Counted from the first letter of the stretch, positions 9,801 through 18,990 are shown. The stretch is 32,000 nt of DNA from Aliivibrio fischeri ES114 (GCF_000011805.1 NC_006840.2), one strand, 5' to 3'. Program-made: numbers and translations. Notes: generated by a model from the letters alone, not told the origin.

Positions 9801-10441
9801 AAATCATCATTAAATTGCTAGAGAAAGAAAACTACGATGCAGAATGGCTAGAGGTCGTTCAAACCATGATGCAACGAGTGTTAGATTGTCCACTTGATGG
9901 TGAGAACTTACGTTTAGCAAGTAAAGGTCCAACTCAACGTTTGGTTGAAATGGAATTTTTACTTCCTATTGAATTGTTAAACTCAAGTTTAGTGAATAAG
10001 ACCATAGCGAAACATGATGAAGTATCAGCAAGAGCCGGGGAATTAGGTTTCTCTACCGTTAGCGGTATGCTCAAAGGTTTTATCGATTTAGTGTTTGAGC
10101 ATGAAGGTAAATATTACGTTCTCGATTGGAAATCAAATCATCTGGGAGACTCCCCAGAATGTTATGGTGGAGAATCCTTAGTTGAGGCGATGCGAGATCA
10201 CCGTTATGACTTCCAATACCAATTATATGCTTTAGCGCTTCATCGATTTTTGAAGAGCCGTATTGCTGATTATGATTACGATACCCATTTTGGTGGGGCG
10301 TATTATATTTTCTTACGTGGCGTTGAAGAGACACATGAAGGGCATAATGCAAATTCTAACGGTGTATTTTATTCAAAACCGAGTAAAGCCTTGTTAGAAG
10401 AGTTAGAGAAATTGGTAGATGGAGAAACAGTTGATGCTTAA
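6815..10441 (+). CDS. recB: Exodeoxyribonuclease V subunit beta RecB (helicase-nuclease)
   Basis: Walker A EASAGTGKTFTIA, UvrD-type helicase motifs and a C-terminal nuclease motif (GFIDLVF...YYVLDWKSN). ATG 6815 is preferred over the TTG at 6812 in the ORF track. Confidence 0.95.
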   Translation: MTTIAAPNQLNAMTFPLHGTRLIEASAGTGKTFTIASLYLRLLLGHGDEGTRHQEELTVDRILVVTFTEAATAELRERIRAKIHDARLAFARAVHNNGYKSGDPVIDPLLASIGDHKSAAQILLNAERSMDEASIFTIHGFCQRMLTQNAFESGAQFESEFVTDQAKLMHQVAADFWRRSFYHLPKMVAESVYDCWSSPSALLGDMGNSLTGVPKHLTVEPLENSLEEFCQQGIARIDELKKQWSEHCADFEALIAGSGVDKRSYTKKNLPNWLEQVSSWANNPTTSLQVHDKLEKFSQELLIEKTKKGEAPEHAVFKLIDDFLAQSLEIKQPLLSLAIHRCRKTLQQAKEQKNWLSFDDLLTQLSQATENQDNALLLEKIREQYPVALIDEFQDTDPLQYSIFSTLYQDQPQCGLFMIGDPKQAIYAFRGADIFTYIQARRQVVDHYTLDTNWRSTADMVSSVNRIFEHGKQPFLYDDDIPFYPVKYNPVNAEQKSWALDNHTQPAMTFWLQESKDGNPVNKTSYQRVMAESTAAQIQTILTGAQQGSAYLQNGEKKQAIKAGDIAVLVRTGKEGKLVREALSKQGIASVYLSNRDSVFSSPLAKDVLRLLQAAMTPTDARAVRSALASSLFAYTADQLHQFNVDEMQWEQAVNEFRAYRKHWQQRGIMPMLHQIITQQGISERLLAENGGERQLTDLLHIGELLQQTSQTLDSDYGLLRWLSDSISEPNGDSEEQTVRLESERNLVQIVTIHKSKGLEYDLVFLPFVCLYRAVDKKGEVSFYDEDNRYSVLDLLKEDDSVEKAEKERLAEDLRLIYVALTRAVYACYIGMAPITKGISKKPPTGVHLSGLGYLIQQADECNVEELQACLEKLIVGNSPMVIQSPQTIIDELYQEVQDEHIELYANKLIEPVKSNWWMTSYSGLVKQGNHHNDTSLELINLDIDSAEDKDDKELDLEPERTIFTFPRGARAGTFLHSLFEEVEFTQPITSEENTQIIIKLLEKENYDAEWLEVVQTMMQRVLDCPLDGENLRLASKGPTQRLVEMEFLLPIELLNSSLVNKTIAKHDEVSARAGELGFSTVSGMLKGFIDLVFEHEGKYYVLDWKSNHLGDSPECYGGESLVEAMRDHRYDFQYQLYALALHRFLKSRIADYDYDTHFGGAYYIFLRGVEETHEGHNANSNGVFYSKPSKALLEELEKLVDGETVDA

Positions 10442-12452
10442 GCAATTACAACACTTAATGGATCATGGTGTACTTCGCCCATTGGATCTTCAATTTGCTA
10501 AATTTATCGCTCAGCAAGAAAAAAACAGTGATAGTAATTTACTTATGTTGCTATCAGCCATTACGAGTCATGAACTAGGTCGTGGTCATGTATGTATTGA
10601 TATTGAGCAGATAGAGCAAGGGGAGCTCTTTACTCTTCCAGCAAAATATCGTGATGCATTATTAGAGTTAGTCCCTGAAAGAAGCGCTTGGGCAGAACAA
10701 TTAATTAATGCATCAACTGTCTCAAATGGCACAGAGGCAACCCCTTTAGCTTTTGATGGTACTCGCTTGTATTTACAACGCTACTGGGCATTTGAACAAC
10801 GTGTGTCTAACCGTATTACTAAAGCGGCGCAAAGTGTTGCAGTAAACCCTCAGCTATCGAATACATTGGATGAGTTGTTTGCTCGTCAGTATCATTTTCT
10901 ATTTTCAGCATTGAAAAAGTTGGAGAATAACAATCAAGTTTCTCGCCAACAATTAGTGTGCGATATGTTGGATGTTGTTCAATCTGATGATCTGGATTGG
11001 CAGGCGATTGATACGGTGTTATTAGCTGCGACCAAATCTTCAGAATTAGAAACGTTAGATCAATTAATTCCAAATAACCACTGTGTGAATTGGCAAAAAG
11101 TCGCGGCAGCTGTGGCGTTAACTCGTCGATTCTCAGTAATTTCTGGTGGTCCAGGTACGGGTAAAACAACCACAGTAACCAAGCTTTTGGCTTCCTTAGT
11201 GACACAAGCTAAGCAGGATAATAAGAACATAGCGATTAAACTGGTTGCGCCAACAGGTAAAGCCGCGGCGCGTTTGACTGAATCCATTGGTCAGGCGGTA
11301 CAATCCATTGGTTTAGCACCTGAAGTGAAAGAAGCGATCCCAACAGATGCCAGTACACTACATCGCTTACTTGGTTATATTCCTAATCAAGTGGATTTTC
11401 GTCATAACAAATCCAATCCGTTACACCTTGATGTATTGGTGGTGGATGAAGCGTCTATGGTCGATTTGCCTATGATGGCTCGATTACTCGATGCCGTGCC
11501 TGAACACGCTCGTGTTATTTTATTGGGTGATAAAGATCAACTCGCTTCAGTTGAAGCGGGAGCGGTGTTAGGTGATATTTGTCAGTTTACTAAAATGGGT
11601 TACAGCCAGAATCAAGCACAGCAATTATCTCAACTAACTGGCTTTAATCTATCGGCACAATTACATAATAATGCGGTTGCAGATAGCTTATGTATGCTGC
11701 AAAAGAGTTACCGTTTTGATGCGCGTTCAGGCATAGGTCAGCTTGCCAAAGCAATTAATGAAGGCAGTAAATTTAAAGTAGAAGCTGTGTGGGATAAAGG
11801 GTTTTCAGATATTCGTTTTCATGATTTAAGTAATAATAGCTACAACGCAATGATTACTATGATGGTTAATGGTTATCGTAGTTACTTAGGGCATATCCAT
11901 GCAGGTGATAAACCTGAAATCGTACTGAAAGCATTTAGCCAAATTCAATTATTATGTGCGATGCGCGAAGGGGATTTTGGTGTGGTTGGATTAAATCAAC
12001 GTATTGAAAAAGCGTTGAAAAAGTCTGATTTAATCCCTCATGGTGATGAAATTTGGTATTCGGGTCGTCCTGTTATGGTTACGCAAAATGATTATGGTGT
12101 TGGTTTGTATAATGGCGATATTGGTATTGCTATGCCAGATCCTATTGATCAGCGTTTGCGTGTCTATTTTGATATGCCAGATGGCTCTATTCGTGGTGTG
12201 CTACCAAGCCAATTACCAGAACATGAAACGGTTTATGCTATGACCATTCATAAGTCTCAGGGCTCTGAGTTTGAGCATACAGTATTGGCATTACCAGCAG
12301 AGTTTAGCCCAATTTTAACCCGTGAGCTGATTTATACGGGCGTGACTCGAGCGAAGAAAAAACTCGATTTATTTGCGACGGAAAAAGTGGTGGCTCGAGG
12401 GGTTATGATTAAAACTCAGAGAAACAGTGGGTTAGTATCACTAATGAATTAA
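10419..12452 (+). CDS. recD: Exodeoxyribonuclease V subunit alpha RecD
   Basis: SGGPGTGKTTTV Walker A, VVDEASMVD, and TIHKSQGSEF near the C-terminus. Overlaps the recB stop. An alternative start is ATG 10434 (ATGCTTAA overlap). Confidence 0.95.
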   Translation: MEKQLMLKQLQHLMDHGVLRPLDLQFAKFIAQQEKNSDSNLLMLLSAITSHELGRGHVCIDIEQIEQGELFTLPAKYRDALLELVPERSAWAEQLINASTVSNGTEATPLAFDGTRLYLQRYWAFEQRVSNRITKAAQSVAVNPQLSNTLDELFARQYHFLFSALKKLENNNQVSRQQLVCDMLDVVQSDDLDWQAIDTVLLAATKSSELETLDQLIPNNHCVNWQKVAAAVALTRRFSVISGGPGTGKTTTVTKLLASLVTQAKQDNKNIAIKLVAPTGKAAARLTESIGQAVQSIGLAPEVKEAIPTDASTLHRLLGYIPNQVDFRHNKSNPLHLDVLVVDEASMVDLPMMARLLDAVPEHARVILLGDKDQLASVEAGAVLGDICQFTKMGYSQNQAQQLSQLTGFNLSAQLHNNAVADSLCMLQKSYRFDARSGIGQLAKAINEGSKFKVEAVWDKGFSDIRFHDLSNNSYNAMITMMVNGYRSYLGHIHAGDKPEIVLKAFSQIQLLCAMREGDFGVVGLNQRIEKALKKSDLIPHGDEIWYSGRPVMVTQNDYGVGLYNGDIGIAMPDPIDQRLRVYFDMPDGSIRGVLPSQLPEHETVYAMTIHKSQGSEFEHTVLALPAEFSPILTRELIYTGVTRAKKKLDLFATEKVVARGVMIKTQRNSGLVSLMN

Positions 12453-12662
12453 ATAATATAAGAGTGATTAACTTTTAGAAGTCGGTCACTCTATTATTTC
12501 ATCTTTGTAATAGTTATTTACTATTTTTGAGTCTAGCCAAAGAGTCAAAAATGCCTATAATTGCGGCTCTAAAATTCGGAAGGAATGTCGGATATTCTAT
12601 TTTTACCAACTATGTTAATTAGATGATTAGTGGTTGGTTCTGATCTAGAGTTTTACTGTTAT

Positions 12663-13016
12663 ATGTTTAAATTACTTGTTTCAATGCCGCCTGCGATGGC
12701 TCTTATTATTGCGATTATTTCAGAAGTGATTGCAACCTCATTCATTCCTAAAACCGAGCAATTTACTAAGTTAACACCAAGTTTAATTGTGGCTGTTGGC
12801 TATGGCATTGCTTTCTTTTTGCTGTCTGTAACCGTAAAAAGTATGCCTGTTGGTATTGTTTACGCAATCTGGAGTGGTGCCGGTATCGTCCTTGTTGCCG
12901 CGATTGGATATTTTGCTTACGGACAGAAGTTAGATCTTGCAGGGATCATTGGGATTAGCTTAATTTTGTCTGGTGTTCTTGTGGTTAACTTATTATCAAA
13001 AACTGCAGGTCATTAG
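12663..13016 (+). CDS. Small multidrug resistance (SMR, EmrE/Qac-like) transporter
   Basis: Four TM segments with the membrane-embedded Glu (IISEVIATS) and the AIWSGAGIVL motif as in EmrE. The start is ambiguous (GTG 12630, ATG 12663 or ATG 12684) and no start has a clear SD. Confidence 0.8.
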   Translation: MFKLLVSMPPAMALIIAIISEVIATSFIPKTEQFTKLTPSLIVAVGYGIAFFLLSVTVKSMPVGIVYAIWSGAGIVLVAAIGYFAYGQKLDLAGIIGISLILSGVLVVNLLSKTAGH

Positions 13017-13066
13017 TCATTAACCTCAAGCTTGGATAGTTTTAAGTTATTCAGTCAGAACAAATA

Positions 13067-13100
13067 GGCCGCAAAGGGATTTCCTTCTGCGGCCTTTTTT
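13067..13100. terminator. Bidirectional rho-independent terminator (SMR gene / argA)
   Basis: ggccgca-N14-tgcggcc followed by tttttt. Sits between convergent genes and abuts the argA stop. Confidence 0.7.
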
Positions 13101-14439
13101 ATAATCCTTTTAACACAAGAATTTTTGATTTTCTCTGAAAGTTGTACAGTTTCTGTTTTTTTATCGGTAAGTGTGAAACATCTACCTCAATAAAACCTTG
13201 TTCTCTAAACCAATGAAGGCTGCGAGTGGTAAGAACAAAGAGCTGTGACAATTTGAACTGTTTTGCTTTACTGCGTAAGCGGTTCAGTAAAGTCACTCCA
13301 CGGTCGCCATCTCGATAGTCAGGATGAACAGCAACACAGCCCATTTCTGCCATTCCTTCTTCAGGGAAAGGATATAAAGCGGCACACGCTATAACTAATC
13401 CATCTTTTTCAATAATCGTAAATTGTGCAATCTCTTGTTCTAACTGTTCACGAGAGCGGCGAACTAAAATGCCTTCTTCTTCTAATGGGCGAATTAAATC
13501 TAATATGCCACCAATGTCATCAATTTCAGCATCACGAACTTGTTCAGAGCTCGCCATTACTACTTGAGTACCAATACCATCAAAAGAAAATAACTCTTGA
13601 ATTAATGCGCCATCTTCTTTGTAGCTAATTAGGTGACTACGAGGAACCCCAGCTTTGCATGCAGATATCGCTCCTTTTAAAAAGCGCATTGTGCCCGTGA
13701 GTTTTCCATTTTCTGGTGTTAATTCTTTTTCAAGACGTTGGAGGATCTCTTCAGCTTCACTTGGAAATAACTCCGCTAAAATCTGTCCTTTTTCATTAAG
13801 AACACCTTGCTCTGAACAGAAACCAATGAGCTTGTCGGCATTTAAGCGGATAGCTAACTGAGTGGCGACATCTTCTGATAAAAGATTAAAACATTCGCCG
13901 GTAACAGAACTCGCAACAGGACCAAGTAGAACAATAGATTGTTGATCTAACATGCGGTTGATCCCTTGGGTATCGATTCGACGGACACGTCCACTGTGGC
14001 AATAATCAATACCATCATCAACACCTAGAGGTTGAGCAATAACAAAATTGCCGCTGATAACGTTAATTTGCGCTCCTGCCATTGGTGTATTGTTTAAGCT
14101 CATTGAGAGGCGAGCTGTGATGTCGAGTTGTAACTGTCCAGCTATCTGCTTTACAAGCTCTAGCGTTTGCTCATCGGTAATGCGTATACCTTTATGGAAA
14201 GGAGCGTGATGTTCTGTCTGTTTTAGTAATGAACGCATCTGAGGACGAGTGCCATATACAATGACAATTCGTAATCCTAACGAGTTGAGCAGGGCAATAT
14301 CATTAACTATATTAGCGAAGTTAGGATCTGCAATCGCTTCTCCACCAAGCATGATAACAACGGTTTTATCTCTATGAGCGTTAACGTAAGGTGCGGATTG
14401 ACGAAACCCTTTAACTAAAGCAGTACTACGAAACTTCAC
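13099..14439 (-). CDS. argA: Amino-acid N-acetyltransferase (N-acetylglutamate synthase)
   Basis: 446 aa with an amino-acid kinase-like N-domain and a C-terminal GNAT domain. GTG start as in E. coli argA. Adjacent to recD as in E. coli. Confidence 0.95.
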   Translation of the reverse strand: MKFRSTALVKGFRQSAPYVNAHRDKTVVIMLGGEAIADPNFANIVNDIALLNSLGLRIVIVYGTRPQMRSLLKQTEHHAPFHKGIRITDEQTLELVKQIAGQLQLDITARLSMSLNNTPMAGAQINVISGNFVIAQPLGVDDGIDYCHSGRVRRIDTQGINRMLDQQSIVLLGPVASSVTGECFNLLSEDVATQLAIRLNADKLIGFCSEQGVLNEKGQILAELFPSEAEEILQRLEKELTPENGKLTGTMRFLKGAISACKAGVPRSHLISYKEDGALIQELFSFDGIGTQVVMASSEQVRDAEIDDIGGILDLIRPLEEEGILVRRSREQLEQEIAQFTIIEKDGLVIACAALYPFPEEGMAEMGCVAVHPDYRDGDRGVTLLNRLRSKAKQFKLSQLFVLTTRSLHWFREQGFIEVDVSHLPIKKQKLYNFQRKSKILVLKGL

Positions 14440-14591
14440 GATATATCTTCCATGATAAATACTTATTCACTTATTGTGACTATTTATTTTAAATTGCGCA
14501 AGTCTTTAGTAGAAGGTCACATAACTTTTTCTTAATATTTTAAAAAAATGCCGATAAGCTTATATATCAATGGTTTTTATTAGGCGTAGTG

Positions 14592-14975
14592 ATGAGTCAA
14601 GCCCAAGAAAAAGAGTTACAAAAAAGAAAAGTTCGATTATTGGTGTTAATTGGACTTGTTGCGGTTGGCCTTGTTGCTGGGACAATTGCTGCAATGTATC
14701 GAGCGGGCATGTTTGCGAAAATGCCATCAACTCAACTATATGGGAATTGGGTTGAGTTGGGTGTACCAAGCTATGCACAGGATAGTTTTACTATCAGTTC
14801 TGCTGGTATTTATACGCATGGCCGTTTAATTAATACACAATATGAGTTTGACGGCACAATATTGCGTTATATGCACGGTGATACTGAATACGTGTATCAA
14901 GTTGAAGATGAAGATGGCGAACAGCTTTTACGCATCAAGCCTACTCATTATAAATCCAGTTTTCGTAAACAGTAA
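14592..14975 (+). CDS. Small N-terminally membrane-anchored hypothetical protein (Vibrio-type DUF2850-like)
   Basis: One TM helix (LLVLIGLVAVGLVAGTIAAMY) then about 85 soluble residues. ATG 14592 immediately follows GTG 14589. Family assignment is from memory only. Confidence 0.55.
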   Translation: MSQAQEKELQKRKVRLLVLIGLVAVGLVAGTIAAMYRAGMFAKMPSTQLYGNWVELGVPSYAQDSFTISSAGIYTHGRLINTQYEFDGTILRYMHGDTEYVYQVEDEDGEQLLRIKPTHYKSSFRKQ

Positions 14976-15010
14976 TTATCTGCTGAAGTCTTAATTTACC
15001 TGCTTATTTT

Positions 15011-15040
15011 CTATTCGAGATAGCCCTTTATCTCGAATAG
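15011..15040 (+). terminator. Perfect 11-bp stem hairpin downstream of the small membrane protein gene
   Basis: ctattcgagat-agccctttt-like loop-atctcgaatag. The following T-tract is weak (cctttctt). Confidence 0.45.
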
Positions 15041-15165
15041 CCTTTCTTCGTAATGTCAAAGTTTGTCAAAATTATCCTTTTCTTACATTTATTGCACTCT
15101 AAATAATTGCCCTCTCTGAATTTGTTTGTCATCCTTGCCGCATTATTTCTCAATAAGGCTTTATT

Positions 15166-16266
15166 GTGTTTCGTAAATTATCTTTTGTGTGTGTTCTTCT
15201 TGGATTAGCTGGGTGTGCTGATCAACCAACAGATCGTGCTCAGCAGTATCTGGATGGTGGGTTTAGTAGTAACTTGAATAAAGTTGGCGAAATTAATTCA
15301 GATAAGCCTTCAGATTTTAGTGCTTTCAAAAAACAGAGTGCAGAAGTTTTAGAGCGTTCTGAATCAATGTCATTACGTTATGAAGAACTCTATGTTCAAT
15401 TACAAAAATGGATTGATGAAAGTTCAAACCCTGCAGAGTTGTCGAACTACGGTATTCAATTTGCTCAGATGGGGGGGGGGGATAAAAAAGGTAACGTAAT
15501 GTTTACCGGTTACTTTTCTCCAGTAATTGAGATGCGTCATACGCCGAACGAAACGTTTAAATACCCAGTATATGATAAGCCTGATTGTGGTTCAGATTGT
15601 CCAACTCGTGCAGAAATTAACGCGGGAGCATTAGCAGGATTAGGACTTGAGTTAGGTTATGCTGATAACATGATTGACCCGTTTATCATGGAAGTGCAAG
15701 GCAGTGGCTTTGTCCATTTTGGTGATGATGACAAACTTGAGTATTTTGCCTATGGTGGGAAAAATAATCATCCTTACGTAAGTATTGGCCGCATTCTGAT
15801 AGAGCGTGGTGAAGTTGAGCGTAAAGATATGTCTTTAAAAGCAATCAAAGAATGGGTTGCGAAAAACGATGAAGCAACGGTTCGTGAATTGTTAGAGACA
15901 AACCCTTCTTATGTCTTTTTCTCACCAAAAGAAGCGCATCATGTTTTAGGTACCGCTGGTATACCATTGCATGCTGGTGCCGCTGTAGCTGCCGATCGTA
16001 CTTTATTGCCTATGGGAACCCCAATCCTTGCTGAGGTCCCTCAATTAGATAAAGACGGTAAGTGGACGGGGAAACACGTACTTAAAGTGTTGCTTGCTTT
16101 AGATACCGGTGGTGCTGTGAAAGAAAACCATTTAGATCAATATTATGGAATGGGGACAGAAGCAGGTATTGCTGCGGGTCACTTTAAACATTTTGGTCGA
16201 GTGTGGAAATTGGGTTTGCAGGATACTGAAACTGAAAATCCTTGGGAAATGCCTAAATCAGAATAA
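15166..16266 (+). CDS. mltA: Membrane-bound lytic murein transglycosylase A (lipoprotein)
   Basis: Lipobox LLGLAGC at the N-terminus. MltA-type pattern (FTGYFSP, ...VQGSG.., GRILIERGE, DTGGAV). GTG start. Syntenic with E. coli mltA-tcdA. Confidence 0.9.
   Translation: MFRKLSFVCVLLGLAGCADQPTDRAQQYLDGGFSSNLNKVGEINSDKPSDFSAFKKQSAEVLERSESMSLRYEELYVQLQKWIDESSNPAELSNYGIQFAQMGGGDKKGNVMFTGYFSPVIEMRHTPNETFKYPVYDKPDCGSDCPTRAEINAGALAGLGLELGYADNMIDPFIMEVQGSGFVHFGDDDKLEYFAYGGKNNHPYVSIGRILIERGEVERKDMSLKAIKEWVAKNDEATVRELLETNPSYVFFSPKEAHHVLGTAGIPLHAGAAVAADRTLLPMGTPILAEVPQLDKDGKWTGKHVLKVLLALDTGGAVKENHLDQYYGMGTEAGIAAGHFKHFGRVWKLGLQDTETENPWEMPKSE
15471..15481 (+). repeat. G11 homopolymer inside the mltA coding sequence
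   Basis: Direct count gives 11 consecutive G, read in frame as ATG GGG GGG GGG GAT (M-G-G-G-D). Confidence 0.95.
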
Positions 16267-16309
16267 TGTGTTGGCCGCTTGTATCGCTTAACACTTGATC
16301 TTCTAAAAA

Positions 16310-16345
16310 AGAGTGCGTATAAATCGTGCTCTTTTTTTGTTTTTG
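16310..16345 (+). terminator. mltA rho-independent terminator
   Basis: agagtgcg-tataaat-cgtgctct (two G-U pairs) followed by tttttttgttttt. Confidence 0.6.
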
Positions 16346-16359
16346 AGTAAGGTAACCCC

Positions 16360-17169
16360 ATGCGCGAATTAACCACTCCTGCATCTGAAAGTTATGACCA
16401 ACGTTTTGGTGGCACTCGCCGTTTGTATGGTAATAGTGAAGTAGAAATTATGCGTGCAGCTCATGTATGTGTAGTTGGTATTGGTGGTGTGGGTTCTTGG
16501 GCTGTAGAAGCGCTAGTACGTACTGGTTTAGGTGAAATTACGTTAATCGATATGGATGACGTATGTGTGACGAATATTAACCGTCAAATTCATGCGATGA
16601 CAGGTACGATTGGTCAAAGCAAAATTGAAGTCATGGCTGAGCGCATTAAATTAATTAACCCTGAGTGTAAGATTAATTTAATCGATGATTTCATTACCCC
16701 TGAAAATCTATCTGAATACATCTCTAAAGAGTTTGATTACGTACTTGATGCCATTGATAGCATGAAACCTAAAGCGGCATTACTGGCTTATTGTAAGAGC
16801 AATAAGATTAAAGTCATTACGACTGGTGGTGCAGGTGGTCAAACGGATCCGACTCAAATTCAAATCACAGATTTAACTAAGACGATTCAAGATCCTTTGG
16901 CTAAGAAATTGCGTGATACGCTGCGTCGCCACCATAATTTTACTAAGAACCCTAAACGTAAATTTGGTATTGATTGTGTGTACTCAACTGAGCATTTGAA
17001 ATACCCACAAGCTGATGGCTCAGTATGTGCGACTAAAGCAACTGCTGAAGGTCCTAAGCGTATGGATTGTGCGAGTGGTTTTGGTGCTGCTACGGTGGTA
17101 ACGGCGACGTTTGGGTTTGTTGCTGTGTCGAGAATTGTAGAAAAATTGATTGAGAAACACAGTAAGTAG
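16360..17169 (+). CDS. tcdA: tRNA threonylcarbamoyladenosine dehydratase (CsdL/YgdL, E1-like)
   Basis: VVGIGGVGSW, ITLIDMDDVCVTNINRQIH and TTGGAGGQTDPTQIQ closely parallel E. coli TcdA. Confidence 0.92.
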   Translation: MRELTTPASESYDQRFGGTRRLYGNSEVEIMRAAHVCVVGIGGVGSWAVEALVRTGLGEITLIDMDDVCVTNINRQIHAMTGTIGQSKIEVMAERIKLINPECKINLIDDFITPENLSEYISKEFDYVLDAIDSMKPKAALLAYCKSNKIKVITTGGAGGQTDPTQIQITDLTKTIQDPLAKKLRDTLRRHHNFTKNPKRKFGIDCVYSTEHLKYPQADGSVCATKATAEGPKRMDCASGFGAATVVTATFGFVAVSRIVEKLIEKHSK

Positions 17170-17183
17170 GGACTAGGGATTAG
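17167..17183 (+). repeat. TAGGGAC-TAGGGAT-TAG heptamer copy that includes the tcdA stop codon
   Basis: Same unit and same gene-relative orientation as the 4-copy array at 21911-21938. Confidence 0.7.
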
Positions 17184-17190
17184 AAGTAAG

Positions 17191-17215
17191 GTACGAGTAA
17201 AAGCCTTTCTCGTAC
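17191..17215. terminator. Hairpin between convergent tcdA and csdE
   Basis: gtacgag-N11-ctcgtac. U-tract is poor on both strands. Confidence 0.35.
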
Positions 17216-17250
17216 TTAGCTTCTTGAAGCGAAGCGTTCTCGTTCCTGCT

Positions 17251-17676
17251 TTAAATTAAGCCGTTGATCGTTTCAATGATCGCTTTAAGCCCATTACCAC
17301 GTGATGGGCTTAAATGTTCAATTAACCCCAATTGAGCAAAATACCCATCCATATCAAACGCCTTAATCTCTTCTGCGGTTTTATTATTAACTGCCGCCAT
17401 GACTAATGCGATAAGCCCACGAACAATTCTTGCATCAGAGTCTGCGCAGAAAAAATAAACACCATCAACGATTTCATGTTGTAACCATACTTTACTTTCA
17501 CAACCAGAGATCGTCACGTTCTCTTGTTGTAGCTCTTCAGGCATGCTAGGCAGTTTTTTACCTAATTGAATTACGTTACGGTAGCGGTCTTCCCAACCTT
17601 TAGCGTTACTCATTAAATCAAGTACTGTCGAGTGAGTAATGTCAAAACCAAAAGGCGATGATGGGAAAGTGGACAT
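17251..17676 (-). CDS. csdE: Sulfur acceptor protein CsdE (SufE-like)
   Basis: 141 aa with the SufE-family pattern including the active-site Cys context (ISGCESKVWL). Lies downstream of csdA as in E. coli. Confidence 0.85.
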   Translation of the reverse strand: MSTFPSSPFGFDITHSTVLDLMSNAKGWEDRYRNVIQLGKKLPSMPEELQQENVTISGCESKVWLQHEIVDGVYFFCADSDARIVRGLIALVMAAVNNKTAEEIKAFDMDGYFAQLGLIEHLSPSRGNGLKAIIETINGLI

Positions 17677-17699
17677 AAATGAATACCTTAAATTTGAGC

Positions 17700-18917
17700 T
17701 TATAGCATATCTGCGGCTTTGTTTAGCGCGTCGATAAAACGTTGAACATCTTGTTTTGTATTATACAAGGCAAATGAAACACGTACAGTACCTGTAAGCC
17801 CTAGAGCATCTAGCATAGGGTGAGCACAGTGATTACCTGAGCGTACAGCGATGCCTTGTTGATCTAATAGCGTAGCTATATCTTGGTGATGGACACCATC
17901 AATAACAAAAGAGAATAGGCTAGCGTTATCTTGTAACCCAATAAAGCGTAAATCCTCAATATCTTTGATTCCATCAATCGCTATTTGACGAAGTTCATTA
18001 ATATGAGCATTTAGATCATCATGGGCAAATTGCTTAACCCAGTTAATTGCTGTGGCAAAAGCAATCGCTCCGGCAACATTAGGTGTACCTGCTTCAAATT
18101 TTCCTGGAAGTTCTGCAAATGTGGTTTTTTCAAACGACACTTTCTCAACCATTTTACCGCCCCCGTGCCATACAGGCATGGACTCAAGTAAGTGTTGTTT
18201 ACCATATAGAGCACCGATCCCTGCAGGTGCAAATAATTTATGACCAGAGCAAACATAGAAGTCGGCATTCATTGCTTGAACATCAATAGTATGATGAACA
18301 ATACCTTGAGCACCATCAACTACAACAATCGCCCCAACGTTGTGTGCAATCTTAATGATTTCTTCAATAGGGTTTAGGGTTCCAGTTACGTTGGTCACTT
18401 GAGCTACGGCTACAATTTTGGTGTTTTGGGTTACCAATGATTCAAATGCATCCATATCTAATGTGCAATTTGATTTCATTGGGATTTTAATGACTTTTGC
18501 CCCGGTTTGTTCTGCAACAATTTGCCAAGGAACAATATTCGCGTGGTGTTCTAATTCACTCACTAAAATTTCATCATTAACTTGTAATGTATTACGAGCA
18601 TAAGTTTGAGCGATTAAATTAATGGCTTCTGTTGCACCACGAGTCCAAATAATCTCTTTACTGCTTTTCGCATTAATGAAGTGTTGAACCGTTTCTCTGG
18701 CTTGTTCAAATTGAAGCGTAGCAGAGGCAGTTAGGCTATGACTGCCGCGATGCACATTGGCATTACTTTTTTGATAATAATCTTGAATTGCATTTAATAC
18801 AGCTAATGGTTTTTGTGTGGTTGCCGCACTATCAAAATACGCAATAGGTTGCTCATTTACTTCTTGTAATAGAGCTGGGAATTGAGAACGAACAAGTTCA
18901 ACATTAAATGCAGTCAT
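17700..18917 (-). CDS. csdA: Cysteine desulfurase CsdA (class V aminotransferase)
   Basis: PLP Lys context SGHKL, and the HHANIVPW and RSGNHCA motifs. The start is placed at internal Met (MTAFNVELVRSQFPAL), which aligns residue for residue with E. coli MNVFNPAQFRAQFPAL. The ORF track extends to 18932. Confidence 0.88.
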   Translation of the reverse strand: MTAFNVELVRSQFPALLQEVNEQPIAYFDSAATTQKPLAVLNAIQDYYQKSNANVHRGSHSLTASATLQFEQARETVQHFINAKSSKEIIWTRGATEAINLIAQTYARNTLQVNDEILVSELEHHANIVPWQIVAEQTGAKVIKIPMKSNCTLDMDAFESLVTQNTKIVAVAQVTNVTGTLNPIEEIIKIAHNVGAIVVVDGAQGIVHHTIDVQAMNADFYVCSGHKLFAPAGIGALYGKQHLLESMPVWHGGGKMVEKVSFEKTTFAELPGKFEAGTPNVAGAIAFATAINWVKQFAHDDLNAHINELRQIAIDGIKDIEDLRFIGLQDNASLFSFVIDGVHHQDIATLLDQQGIAVRSGNHCAHPMLDALGLTGTVRVSFALYNTKQDVQRFIDALNKAADML

Positions 18918-18990
18918 AAGAATTTTCTTCATTGGGTTAGCAAACAGGAGAATGATGCGGATTTATGGGGCGTAAGTCAAAATTACAGGC

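Noticed and set aside
12453-12662. Looked for a guanidine riboswitch (ykkC, mini-ykkC ACGR hairpins, ykkC-III) upstream of the SMR gene
   Set aside because: No paired GC-stem/ACGR-loop hairpins or other conserved cores are visible. The region is AT-rich with only a weak 7-bp stem (agagtga/tcactct) that may be the recD terminator.
14452-14478. Possible ARG box (gTGAATaagtATTtAtc on the minus strand) upstream of argA
   Set aside because: Only one half-decent box was found. The expected tandem second box 3 bp away is poor. This is too weak to call without a PWM scan.
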